From positions 60,202,001-60,266,000 of the forward strand of contig CM060734.1 in NCBI GenBank assembly GCA_030704615.1: 64,000 bases of DNA. Direction: 5' to 3'. Shown piece by piece: positions 1 to 10,046 of the stretch (position 1 is the first letter of the stretch; each line of letters begins with the position of its first letter). Made by a program: the position numbers and the translations under genes. This DNA comes from Takakia lepidozioides. Lineage: Eukaryota; Plantae; Bryophyta. The notes below the pieces were generated by a model. The model had not been told where the DNA came from, ran no database searches, and saw only the letters and a list, made by a program, of their open reading frames with translations.

Positions 1-501
1 TAACCAGTCATCTGCACTTCCCTGCACCTCCACCGCAAATAAACTCGCATCAGGTAATTGGTCGTCTACCCCTGTGGCGGGCTCTCCTGTTGATAGGCGT
101 GACAAGTGATCTGCCACAAGATGCAAACGGCCAGGCTTGTAAACAACTTCGAGCTCAAACTCGTGCAAGATTATTAACCACCTTGCTATTTTTCCACTTA
201 TCAAAGGTTTGTTCACCAGATATATCAGAGCCTGGTGATCCATATAAAACATAAACTTTCTTCCCAATAGGTAATGCTTGAATTTCTTGACTGCATAAAT
301 CATTGCCAGTGCTTCTCTTTCAGTTGTGCTATAGTTCCTTTCAGCACTGTTCATCAACCTGCTAGCATAGTACACAGGTGAATCTATATTTCCTGTAACA
401 TTTTGGGCTAACATTGCTCCCAACGCTTCTCCTGAGGCATCACAGTGAACATGACATACTACATGCCAGTGTGGGTTAATCAGCACAGGTGTAGTTGTTA
501 A
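1..501 (-). mobile_element. Ty3/gypsy pol fragment: RT connection/RNase H domain, runs off the left edge
   Basis: Open minus-strand frame LTTTPVLINPHW...HCDASGEALGAMLAQ...SPVYYASRLMNSAERNYSTTEREALAMIYAVKKFKHYLLG...DHQAL...IARW...VADHLSR, the canonical Ty3/gypsy RNase H motifs (DAS, NYSTTERE, DH, ADHLSR). Confidence 0.95.
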
Positions 502-716
502 AGAAAAAGAAGGAGTGGCATCCAACTCTAGTTCTTCCGGTATGGGTGATGTACTCTCTGATCTTAATGGTGTGAGAGGTCCAGATGATTCCCCTATGTC
601 TATTCCTCTCTCCCAAAGATATGGATAATTAGCTTTCAGATAACTTTCTCTTTTTGTTGAATATCTCTGGTGTCTAGTTTCTCTTTCATCACTCATGTCC
701 CATGTCTTTCATTTCT

Positions 717-1412
717 TTAATGTGGCAATAACCAAAACTCTCTTCTGTAGTATCTCTCGTATATGCCTGGGTTTCTTTCAAGCTTCAATGCACCCTTGGC
801 TATACTAGAAGTCTCCGTTACCATATAACCATATGGCAAACAAGTCTGGAAAGCTGTTCTTGGTGTGAGTTTGATCCACAGAATATCCTTTGGAATCCAA
901 TTTTTTACTAGAACAAGCTCCTCATGCATATGAGTATAAACATTCACCTTCATTTCCTCCCAGCTTTCAAACTCTACTCGCTTAATGGATAGCAATGCTA
1001 TCACATAAACTAGTGTTGGTAACCAACGTGCTCTTCCTCTACAGGCCACCTGATAAATCTTTATCACTCCTTTCTCCAGACCCCACTCAGGGTCAGCATC
1101 ATGCACTCTCTTAAGAATGTTTTCTTTACAACTGACTGACAATTCCAAGAACCTCTGAAAAAATTGTTTGGACAATCTTTTCTTCTCTGTTCCACAGGGA
1201 ATTTGATTCATATCAAATTCTTTAATTCTCCAACCACCATGATCCCACCAGATGTCTGTCACATCTGGCTGTTCATGACCCAGTTCCCCAGTATGGTCGC
1301 CAAATGTCAAGCGGCTTTTACTCACCCATCCCTTCGCTATCCGAGGTGGAAACTCCAAGATAGAAGAGTTGGATATCTCTAAGCACTCAGCCCGCTCAGT
1401 ACAATCAGTCAT
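717..1412 (-). CDS. Extra ORF (231 aa, unknown function) upstream of gag in the retrotransposon
   Basis: ATG-to-TAA ORF. Second copy is split between 3038-3307 (+) and 6406-6737 (-). The last 77 aa are identical between copies despite about 17 nucleotide differences. Confidence 0.7.
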   Translation of the reverse strand: MTDCTERAECLEISNSSILEFPPRIAKGWVSKSRLTFGDHTGELGHEQPDVTDIWWDHGGWRIKEFDMNQIPCGTEKKRLSKQFFQRFLELSVSCKENILKRVHDADPEWGLEKGVIKIYQVACRGRARWLPTLVYVIALLSIKRVEFESWEEMKVNVYTHMHEELVLVKNWIPKDILWIKLTPRTAFQTCLPYGYMVTETSSIAKGALKLERNPGIYERYYRREFWLLPH

Positions 1413-1940
1413 GACCTGCAGCTAGTGAATCATGGTTGTGCTTCCCATTTGTATTCCTTCTTGCCTTCATGTTATCAATTTACCTTATCTGATACTGAAG
1501 CATCAGATTGCTTCATTATCTACTTAGTTCCAGTTAATCATGCATTCATTTCACAGCTTCACTCATGTCTCTCTACACAGTGTGCTTGTATCGAATAAGT
1601 ATCAGATTATGATTTATCAGGTACCGGGCCAATGTCAAGGTGACTCTAATCTGCCCTATAGTATCACTACAGCTCTGCATGTGATAAGTATCTACTGTTC
1701 ATCTTTCCTCCTTCTCCGTGCTCTCATTCTTGCTCTCCGCCTGATGTACTCTCATGCATAACCAAGAAGCGCTCCCCGTGAAGTCATCCCTTTCCCGTTG
1801 CCGCTCTCCTAATCTATCCGCAAGCTGTTCTAACCACCTAACTAACTAACCGCCACCCCTGAACTAACACGTTCCCTCTGCAGATGTCATTCCCTCACAG
1901 TTGTTCCCTGTCAATGATAACTTTTCCCCATGTACGGTGA

Positions 1941-2170
1941 CAGGCTATGTCAAGTTGTGCCGAGCTGTGACTGGCTTTATAAAGCTTTGTCGGGCTGTGA
2001 CTGGCTTTGCGAAGCTGTGGCGGGCTGTGTCCAGCTGTGACTGGCTGTGTCAGGTTGTGTCGGGCTGTGACTGGCTGTATAAAGTTGTGCGAAGCTGTGG
2101 CGGGCTGTGTCGGGTTGTGACGGGTTGTGGCGGGCTGTGACTGGCTGTGTTGGGCTGTGGCGGGCTGTAT
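1941..2170. repeat. 10-bp minisatellite (consensus ~cgggctgtga/ctggctgtgt), about 23 units
   Basis: 10-nt periodicity is directly visible; reverse-complement version at ~2297-2510. Confidence 0.9.
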
Positions 2171-2296
2171 AACCCCCCTAAAGCATGCTGCTGCCACCCC
2201 TAAGGCTCATGTTGGTCTCAGTCTGTGCAAAAATTAAGGGTACCCCACAGAACCCGTAAAAGCGTCTAAGTCCCAAGCAGCCTTCTAACAATAGGC

Positions 2297-2510
2297 TTAC
2301 ACACTCAGTCACAGTCTTACACAGTCGTACACAGCCTATCGTAGTCTATCACAACCATACACAGCCAGTCATAGCCCGACACAACCCGACACAGCCCGAC
2401 ACAGCTTTGCACAACCAGTCACAACACGACACAACTCAACACAGCTTCGCACAGCGAGTCACAGCTTGGCACAGTCACAGCCCGACACAGCTTGGCACAG
2501 CCGTCACAGC
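2297..2510. repeat. 10-bp minisatellite, inverted counterpart of 1941-2170
   Basis: Units such as acagcccgac and acagccagtc are reverse complements of the left array units. Confidence 0.85.
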
Positions 2511-3307
2511 GTACGTAGGGAACGGTTATCATTGGCAGGGAATGACTGTGTAGGAATGACCTCTGCAGAGGGAACGTGTTACTTCTTAGGTGACAGTTAG
2601 TTAGTTAGGCGGTTAGAACAACTTGTAGATAAAATAGGCAGAGCAAACATGGGAGATGACACTTTTTCATGGAAGAGCGCTTCTTGGTGATTCACGGAAG
2701 GAGATCAGAGGGAGAGTAGGAACATGAGTATGGTGAAGGAGGAGAGATGATGAGTAGATACTCATCACATGCAAAGCTGTAGTGATACTGTAGAGCAGAT
2801 TAGAGACACTATGGTTTCGGCTTGATACCTGATAAATCTTAATCTGATACTTATTCGATACATTCACACTGTGTAGAGAGACTTGAGTGAAGCTGTGGAA
2901 TAAATGGATGAGTGAATATAACCTGATAGATACTGAAGCAATTTGATGCTTCAGTATACACAGTAAGGTGATTTGCTAACATGAAGGCAGAAGAAATACA
3001 AACAGGAAGCACAACCATGATTCACTAGTTGTAGGTCATGACTGATTGTTCTGAGCGGGCTGAGTGCTTAGAGATATCGAACTCTTCTATCTTGGAGTTT
3101 CCACCTCGGATAGCGAAGGGATGGGTGAGTAAAAGCCGCTCGACATTTGGCGACCATACTGGGGAACTGGGTCAAGAACAACCAGATGTGACAGGCATCT
3201 GGTGGGATCATGGTGGTTGGAATCAATGAATTTTATGTGAATCAAATTCCCTGTGGAACTGAGAAAGAAAGGTTGTCCAAGCAATTCTTTCAGAGGTTCT
3301 TGGAATT

Positions 3308-4419
3308 TCCATTTCTCCCTCTCTCTCTTCATAGAAATGTGGTGGGTAACTACTTGTTTCACCCTCAATTGGTGTTGTTGTTACTGCACCACAACAGATA
3401 CCTTTAAAACAACTCAGACCTCCTAGCTGCATTTCTGCAACCTGCTCCTACTCTGGGTGTGCAGCAAACAGGGTTCCTCATCAAGTCCCCCCCTCCAGTC
3501 ATACTCTCTGACTCCATGAGGTCTTCTGGTAGCAGGTAGTCTACTGGGAATTCCAGTCATGGAATACCCTGGCCTGTTTCAGCCATGGTCGACCCAGTAA
3601 TAAGGAGTAAGCTTCCATGACATCATCCATTTTCAACAGAGTCACCGTGATCTTAAAAATCATCTCCTAGATCTTTATCTTTACTCCTCTTATCAAGCCT
3701 AAAAGTTGTACAACTCCTTGATCTACCATTGTTACTGTAAATGGGGCTGGTTTCATGTTACTTAGACCAAGCTTTTGCCTTAATTGGTCTGTCGTAATAT
3801 TCACTCTTGAGCCCCCATCTATCAGTACATCAGTCAAGTTTGTGCTTCCAATTCTCAATTGGATTACTGGCATAGAATCATCAAAGTCCATGACTATTTC
3901 TCGCCCTCCAGGCCGCACATTATAACTTGTCACCTTGCTGCTCAGGTCTGTGTTCTCTATCACATGAGCAATTTGATTAATTGCTTGGTACAACTTGTGC
4001 CTACAATGAGGTGCCACAACCAATAGCTGTCCAATGGTAATCTCAGCTTTGGTCTGGCATATTACTCCAGCCAAAGTCCCTTCATTACTCTGCACTTGTG
4101 CAGTTTCTTTCTTCACTTCCTCTTCAACCTCTCCATCTTCCCTATCAGAGTCGGAAGTATCTGCCATAGGGATATCAGTATTCTTCTGCATTTCCCTTAT
4201 GGTGTCAGCCACTTCCCTGTGCAGTTCCTTCTCATCTCTCCAAGCCTCATCATCTTCAGGCACATCACTGCCATCCTCATTATCATCTTCTTCCTCATCC
4301 ACCGGAGGTATTAGTTTAGCTTTGCTTCTGGTCACTATCATTGTACTCACTTCTGGTACAAAACATGGCCTAACCATGTGAGCTTCCATCACTGGGCCCT
4401 CATTCACAGGAGTTCTCAT
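3308..4419 (-). pseudogene. Retrotransposon aspartic protease region and downstream linker
   Basis: VLIDGGSRVNI active-site motif, followed by APFTVTMVDQGVVQLLGLIRGVKI; downstream linker disrupted. Confidence 0.85.
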
Positions 4420-4509
4420 CTCATTCTGGTGTCTGATCCAGAATGAACAGGCTGCTTTGCGATGTCCTGCCTGATTACAATAGTAACACAGTTCTTCACC
4501 ATTGGGTCC

Positions 4510-6378
4510 TCACCCTTGGTCTGCGCTGGGATTATTTCTATAATCCTGATTCCCTGGCTGGTAATTCCCCCTTGGATTACCCTGATAGTTGCCTCTAGGA
4601 TTGCCTTGGTAATTCCCTCTTGGATTACCTCTCCCTACCATACCGTTATTATATCCACCAGGTTTACCATAGTGGTCCTGATCACCGTTCCTTCTTGGCT
4701 GGGGCTGCACTTAATGCACCCTTACTTGCCTAGGTTCTCTTGCAGTTGTCCTTTTGTTGTAATAACAATTCTCAGTAGAATGGTTATCCATTTTACAGAT
4801 AGTACAATGTTTCTCCTTCATGTGGGCATTCAGCTGTGGTATGGTCATTCTAGCATTTTGCACAGCAAACACCCTTCCTCCAATGTGTTGCCGCCTCTGT
4901 GGCATAATTCTTCAAGTTCTCCTCCAATCTTTTCTCATAGTTTTCCCTCTTTAACTTTTCTTTTTTCTTACTCTTCCTTTTGAGCTCTTGCTCTTCTTCC
5001 TCATCTGACTCATACTCAAAGTCCTCATCATCCCTTTTCTCTCTTCTGAGCATTCCCAATTGCTCAATCCTGTTGGCTGTTTCAAATGCCTCCTCCACTA
5101 TATTATGGGGTAGCATATCCACTTTCTTTTGTAACTCTGGTCTTAGTCCACTCACAAACCAGGTCTTCTGTAACCCTGGTGCTGGTACAACATCCAGCTT
5201 TTTCATCATCAACTCCATCTTCTCCATATACTCCTCAACAGTTTCATGCTTTATTTGCCTTAACTGTTGTAAACTCCAATACATTTCATCCTCCGTTTTG
5301 TTTGTCCTGAACCTGTTTCGGAATGTCGTACTAAGACCATTCCAGGTTAGGAAATGATTGTCAGGGAATCTTGCATGCCATTCACTTGCTTTCTTTATAA
5401 GCGAACAAGGAAATAATCTCATCTTGGCATCATCGCCATTCTCAATGTTCACAATACACATGTGCTCAAAACGGTTGATGTGTACATCATGATCCCCTTT
5501 CCCTGCATATATTGGAAAAGGTGGTTTTGCCCGTGTTGGAGGTACCGCCATCTGTGGCCCTACACCCTGCCCACTGGCAGGTGCTGGTCCTCCTGTTGGT
5601 GTTGGTCCTCGTGGACCTGTTGTTGTAGTGGTGGTATTCCCACCAAGTGCTGGCCCCTGAGCACTCCCTGCTACTGGCCCCACTGTATTCTCAGTATTCC
5701 TAGCTCCTGTTGCACTACTTCCTACACTCCCTGTCCCCCCACAGCGAGTTCCAAGCTTCCCGCCTGATCCCCCTGAGCCGACACCTTTGTTGGCCTATGA
5801 TCCAAGTGTTCCACTTCATCCAGGTCTAACAGGTTGGGATGTCCTGGTTGTAGTTTCAACCTCAACTGTTGGGTCTACTTCTTTATACTCTTCATCTTCC
5901 AATTTCTTCTCTCTGTTCTCATCTTCCAAGTTCTTTTCTTGGGTTTCTTCTTCCTCACTCATGTAACTCAACTGGAGTGGTGTGGGAGAGTCTGAACTCT
6001 CCGTTGGTTCTGCCACATCCCCCTCCCCTTCTTTGTCTCGTGCTTCAGAAACTGGAGTCCCCGCTCTTGGTGTTCCATGCCAACTCTGATCAAAGATTTC
6101 TGTCAAATCTTTAATCCAGGGATGTACCTCAGATCTCTCCCCTCGCGGCTGATCTTCTTCCTGTACTAAATTCCTTAATCTTTCTTGTAAAGAATAAGAA
6201 GGAGTGGCATCCAACTCTAGTTCTTCCGGTATGGGTGATGTACTCTTCGATCTTAATGGTGTGAGAGGTCTAGATGATTCTCCTATGTCTATTCATCTCT
6301 CCCAAAGATATGGATAATTAGCTTTCAAATAACTTTCTCTTTTTGCTGAATATCTTTGGGATCTAGCTTCTCTTTCAT
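4510..6378 (-). pseudogene. Retrotransposon gag (capsid-like domain plus two Zn-knuckle-like motifs), with stops and frameshifts
   Basis: PPFPIYAGKGDHDVHINRFE…KMRLFPCSL…ASEW…TWNGLSTTFRNRF…QIKHETVEEY…FVSGLRPELQ (retrotransposon gag); CAKC*NDHTTAEC and CTICKMDNHSTENC; tandem GNPRGNYQ repeats. Confidence 0.85.
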
Positions 6379-6915
6379 CACTCATGTCCCATGTCTTTCA
6401 TATCTTTAATGAGGTAATAACCAGAACTCTCTTCTGTAGTATCTCTCGTATATGCCTGGATTTCTTTCAAGCTTCAATGCACCCTTGGCTATACTAGAAG
6501 TCTCTGTTACCATATAACCATATGGCAAACATGTCTGAAAAGCTGTTCTTGGTGTGAGTTTGATCCACAGGATATCCTTAGGAATCCAATTCTTTACCAG
6601 TACCAACTCTTCATGCATATGAGTGTAAACATTCACTTTCCGTTCCTCCCAGCCTTCAAACTCCACTTGTTTAATGGATAGCAACGTATCACATAAACCA
6701 GCGTTGGTAACCAGCGTGCTCTCCCTCTACAGGCCACTTGAACCAGCCATTGTGAGTTTACAGGATGAAGTAGTGGCTGGATGGACGATTACAGCGGAGG
6801 AGTAGGTAAGAGAAGTGAATGTGGGAACGGAGGAGGAACCAAGATTGGTGAAAGTGGGAGCTGACTTGGAGCCATAATTCTTTGAGGAAGCCAAAAGTTT
6901 GTTAATCAAATACAA

Positions 6916-9670
6916 ATGCGTATGTTGTACTGCGTTACTACAGATGGCTCGTTATGTTCCGTGGGCACGTGCCCTGTGCTCAAAGGAGATGACGATCTTG
7001 AACATGCAGGACTTGCGATGCTCGAGGAGACCTCCTCGGGCAACATCACGGGACCACGAGGGAGCGTGCAAATATTCTTGTCAGCTCGCCATGAATCATC
7101 TTCTCCGCCAGGTGCCTCGTCAAGTCTTCGTCTCACTGGACGGGTGTGAACATCTCCTTCCAAGTGTTGGCCTCTTCGAAGCAATGGCGTGTCCCGAAGG
7201 CCCTCTCGCAAGGCTGCCACCCACTTGCGAGGATTCTTCGATCTGGAGGCAGTCCGCATCAGCATTTCCTGCCTGTCCGGCCCCAAGCCCCACTGTTTCC
7301 CTTTCAAGAACTCGTTGTACCTGCATTGCTGCATAATTGACCTGACAATGTCTTCCGTTGTGGCAGTGAGGATGTCCACCAGATGCGCCGCAGAGGAGGC
7401 ACGCCAGAAAGAATGTACTGATTCGGCCATGTTTGTTGTCGACATGTCGGTGTTGGAGTCCAGACACATTTCCTGCACATGCACATGTTGAGGTTACAAG
7501 CAAGTTACAAAGAACGAGTAGTATAATATTCAACGTGACGTGAATTCGTCCAACTCACCTCCCGCATATAGTCGCCGAACTGGAGGAAACGATAATGCCA
7601 CCATGCTAGCCAACTGACCATTGCTCCCTTGTCTGATTTCTTTACAGCACCTGACGTTGTCCACCAAGCCCGTATACATGCAAATTGTGTCTCTGCATCA
7701 TCCAAGGTGGGAGCACGCTTCCACGCAAGACACATGGAACGATGCTCCTATCTGAAATCTGGCGCCACGAGCCGGGTTGTGTACTGCGACAAGCTCTGCA
7801 GAAAATGGAACCCACAAGATCTTTCCTTGCCTTCCATCGGAACATTGGGGTCTTCCCCGTACACCCTTTGGATGGCAGCCCAATTTGCTTGTGCGTTGTC
7901 CGCCATGAAACCACGGAAATTGGGAGGGGGCAATCCCGCCCTGGCCATCTGTTTGTTTATTCCCTGCCAAAGAAGCATCTCCGATTGTGTGTCCTCTCCT
8001 TTCATCTCACAGATAGGAATTGTTATTAGCATCCTGCAGTGGGTGTCGTAGACATGTGCAGCCACCCACTGGTGATTTGTAATTCGCTTGATATGGTCGA
8101 ACATGACCCAACTGTTTGACAAGTCCCCACTCATCATCCGGTCGACCAGTTCGACGCCGCTGCCAGGCCCACACGTGGACATTTTGAATACGAAACAACG
8201 ATTTGCCTCAGTCCCTTGTCCAGGAAACCTACTTCCATGAATGTAGTCATATCCACATCGTCGCTTCACCTCCAGAATGGAGTGCATATCCGAGCCACGC
8301 CCAATTTTCTGTTTGCAGGAGACAATGTGGTTTCGGACATTCGGTGAACAGACGTGGGACACCGACTCCAGCAATGCCTCCATTTCCTTCTCATCGAGAG
8401 GAACTTTGTCGGAGCCGTCTTCCGACATAATTCTGGCCAATGCCATCTTATGGGCGGCCTGCAGCTGTATCTGTTTGAGTTTGACACCAGGTCTCAACCT
8501 AACCTCCTCCTGAACGAGCTGCTCTGCCTCGTGGGCAGCCTCCCGCGAGTTCCCCCTCGCCAATTTGTGACAATGGGAACCAACGTGTATGCAAGCTCGT
8601 ATGAGGTCAGGGAAACGGTGCAACACATAGAACTGCTTGGCATTACAAACAGACATGCAATGTGGTGGTTCTTTGCAATGCGCACACTTAAATGTGGAGT
8701 TTGGAACCTTCTCCTGAGCTCAAAATGGTTGATGAGCTGTGCCTGTCCAATCCGTCTCGTTCCTGTGACCTTTGGATTTAAAGTGGAAGCAAGTTGGGGA
8801 GAAACACCGCAACGCGCCCGCACAAACAATGTAGCGCACCCGCACACCATCGAGCATCTTCATGCTGGTGGTTTTGGTGACGCACCAAGGATGACCGTCA
8901 TGTTTCCTATCCATATCTGTCAGCATTCCGGACGCCCTCGAATTAGTACGTTCGAGGAGGGAACTCAAAGAACATATTACCATCGACGTCTGCGGGAAGG
9001 CATGTAACGGATTTAATGGCGAACTTGCTGTAGTCCAGCCTAGCCAGCTCCGAGCGGTGTCCCTCCATGTGAAGCCCTCGCAGAATTTCAAGAATGGATC
9101 GAATTGCTGTGTTCGTGCTGGGAATATGACTCCCTCGTCCGCTGATGTCCATTGAGGACTTGCCTGATCTCCAGGATGATCTCGGAACTTCCATGATCTC
9201 GTCGGAGTCGGACAGGTTGTCTCGCTCGTCTTCATTGATGGGTTCGGCTCTGGATTTACTTCGTTGCGGACTTCTCTCTTTGAGGTACCCACTCTCTGAT
9301 TCGCTGATTGTTTCGTGGAAGGCGGCAGGATAGAAGGTGCATTTGGGGGGCAAATGAAGTCCCCAACAGCCCTGTATATGACGCTGTCCGATGGTGGAAC
9401 TCGCCATTCCCTGCCGTCGCCGAAATCATCGTGGAGCACAACAATACTTTCGACTACAACTCCGTTTGAATCCTTCCTTTCCTCCTCCAAAAATACCGAC
9501 CCCGGTTTCAGGTGGTATCGAACGCAGAGATATTTCTCCATCACCCGGCAGATCTCCCCTCTGCACGGAAATGTAGCTCTATGCTCGTGAGGAGGGCAGT
9601 ACACTATAGCGCTCGGGTTTTCTGCCGTGGGAGTTGTGCACACAAGACTGCCAGGACGGCGTTCGGACAA
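6916..9670 (-). pseudogene. Mutator-like (MULE) DDE transposase with N-terminal GCM/WRKY-like Cys/His module; two in-frame stops, one intron, 3' truncated
   Basis: ORFs 8720-9670, 7748-8656 and 7505-7735 share one frame, separated only by TGA (8720) and TAG (7748). A GT-AG intron (7558 to 7473) joins in frame to EMCLDSNTDMSTTNMAESVH. Motifs: WVMFDH (D1), GFMADNAQAN (D2), CGFHF (MULE CxxH), TTNMAESVH (E); N-terminal DGHPW…CAGALRCFSPTC…CAHC…C…C…IHVGSHCH. Confidence 0.8.
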
Positions 9671-10046
9671 GCGCCCTGGGAGAAGGGGGGATGCAGCGAG
9701 GGGAAGGAATGCAGGGCCGATTTTTGCAAGCGACGAAGCCTATTCACGAATCCGGGGAGCCCACTCTCCCGAAATTCCACTGTCAGAGAGTTAATGAACC
9801 TTGTCTGCGGAATGTGGCCCCTGGCCTTTGCGCAATAACTGCCAACGGTATGCAGTCAGAAGGTATATGACCTGTGCAGATGCGCTACGCAAACCAATCA
9901 TTACGGCATCTGACAAGAAGCGTGGGGGCACCAGCGTGCAAGCACCTTCCCCATGGACAGAGAGAACTAACAGAGGTGGCATTCCAGTGGGTCTGATTAC
10001 AAGATTGAGTGCCAGAACCTCGCCGCCAAAAGTAAACATACAACAG

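Larger units (their letters stand above)
1..2170 (-). mobile_element. Ty3/gypsy copy A: leader, extra ORF and gag 5' end fused directly to RNase H (internally deleted)
   Basis: 502-1047 is a direct homologue of 6190-6737, and 1141-2170 is an inverted homologue of ~2300-3307. At ~502 the gag N-terminal frame (…EELELDATPS) abuts RNase H sequence. Confidence 0.85.
2297..6916 (+). mobile_element. Ty3/gypsy copy B (+ strand) with internally inverted segment 3308-6737, truncated just before RT
   Basis: Leader and extra-ORF N-terminus on + (to 3307). Extra-ORF C-terminus, gag and protease on - (6737 to 3308). Pre-RT linker on + at 6738-6916 (EPAIVSLQDEVV…VREVNVGTEEEPRLVKVGADLEP*FFEEAKSLLIKYK). Confidence 0.8.

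Noticed and set aside
1141-3307. DIRS-type or TIR DNA transposon explanation for the large inverted repeat
   Set aside because: The arms are 5' leaders of a protease-encoding Ty3/gypsy element; no tyrosine recombinase or transposase lies between them.
7748-8722. U-to-C editing or programmed readthrough of the transposase stops
   Set aside because: Plant U-to-C editing is known from organelles; C-to-T decay of a methylated nuclear transposon is the simpler explanation.
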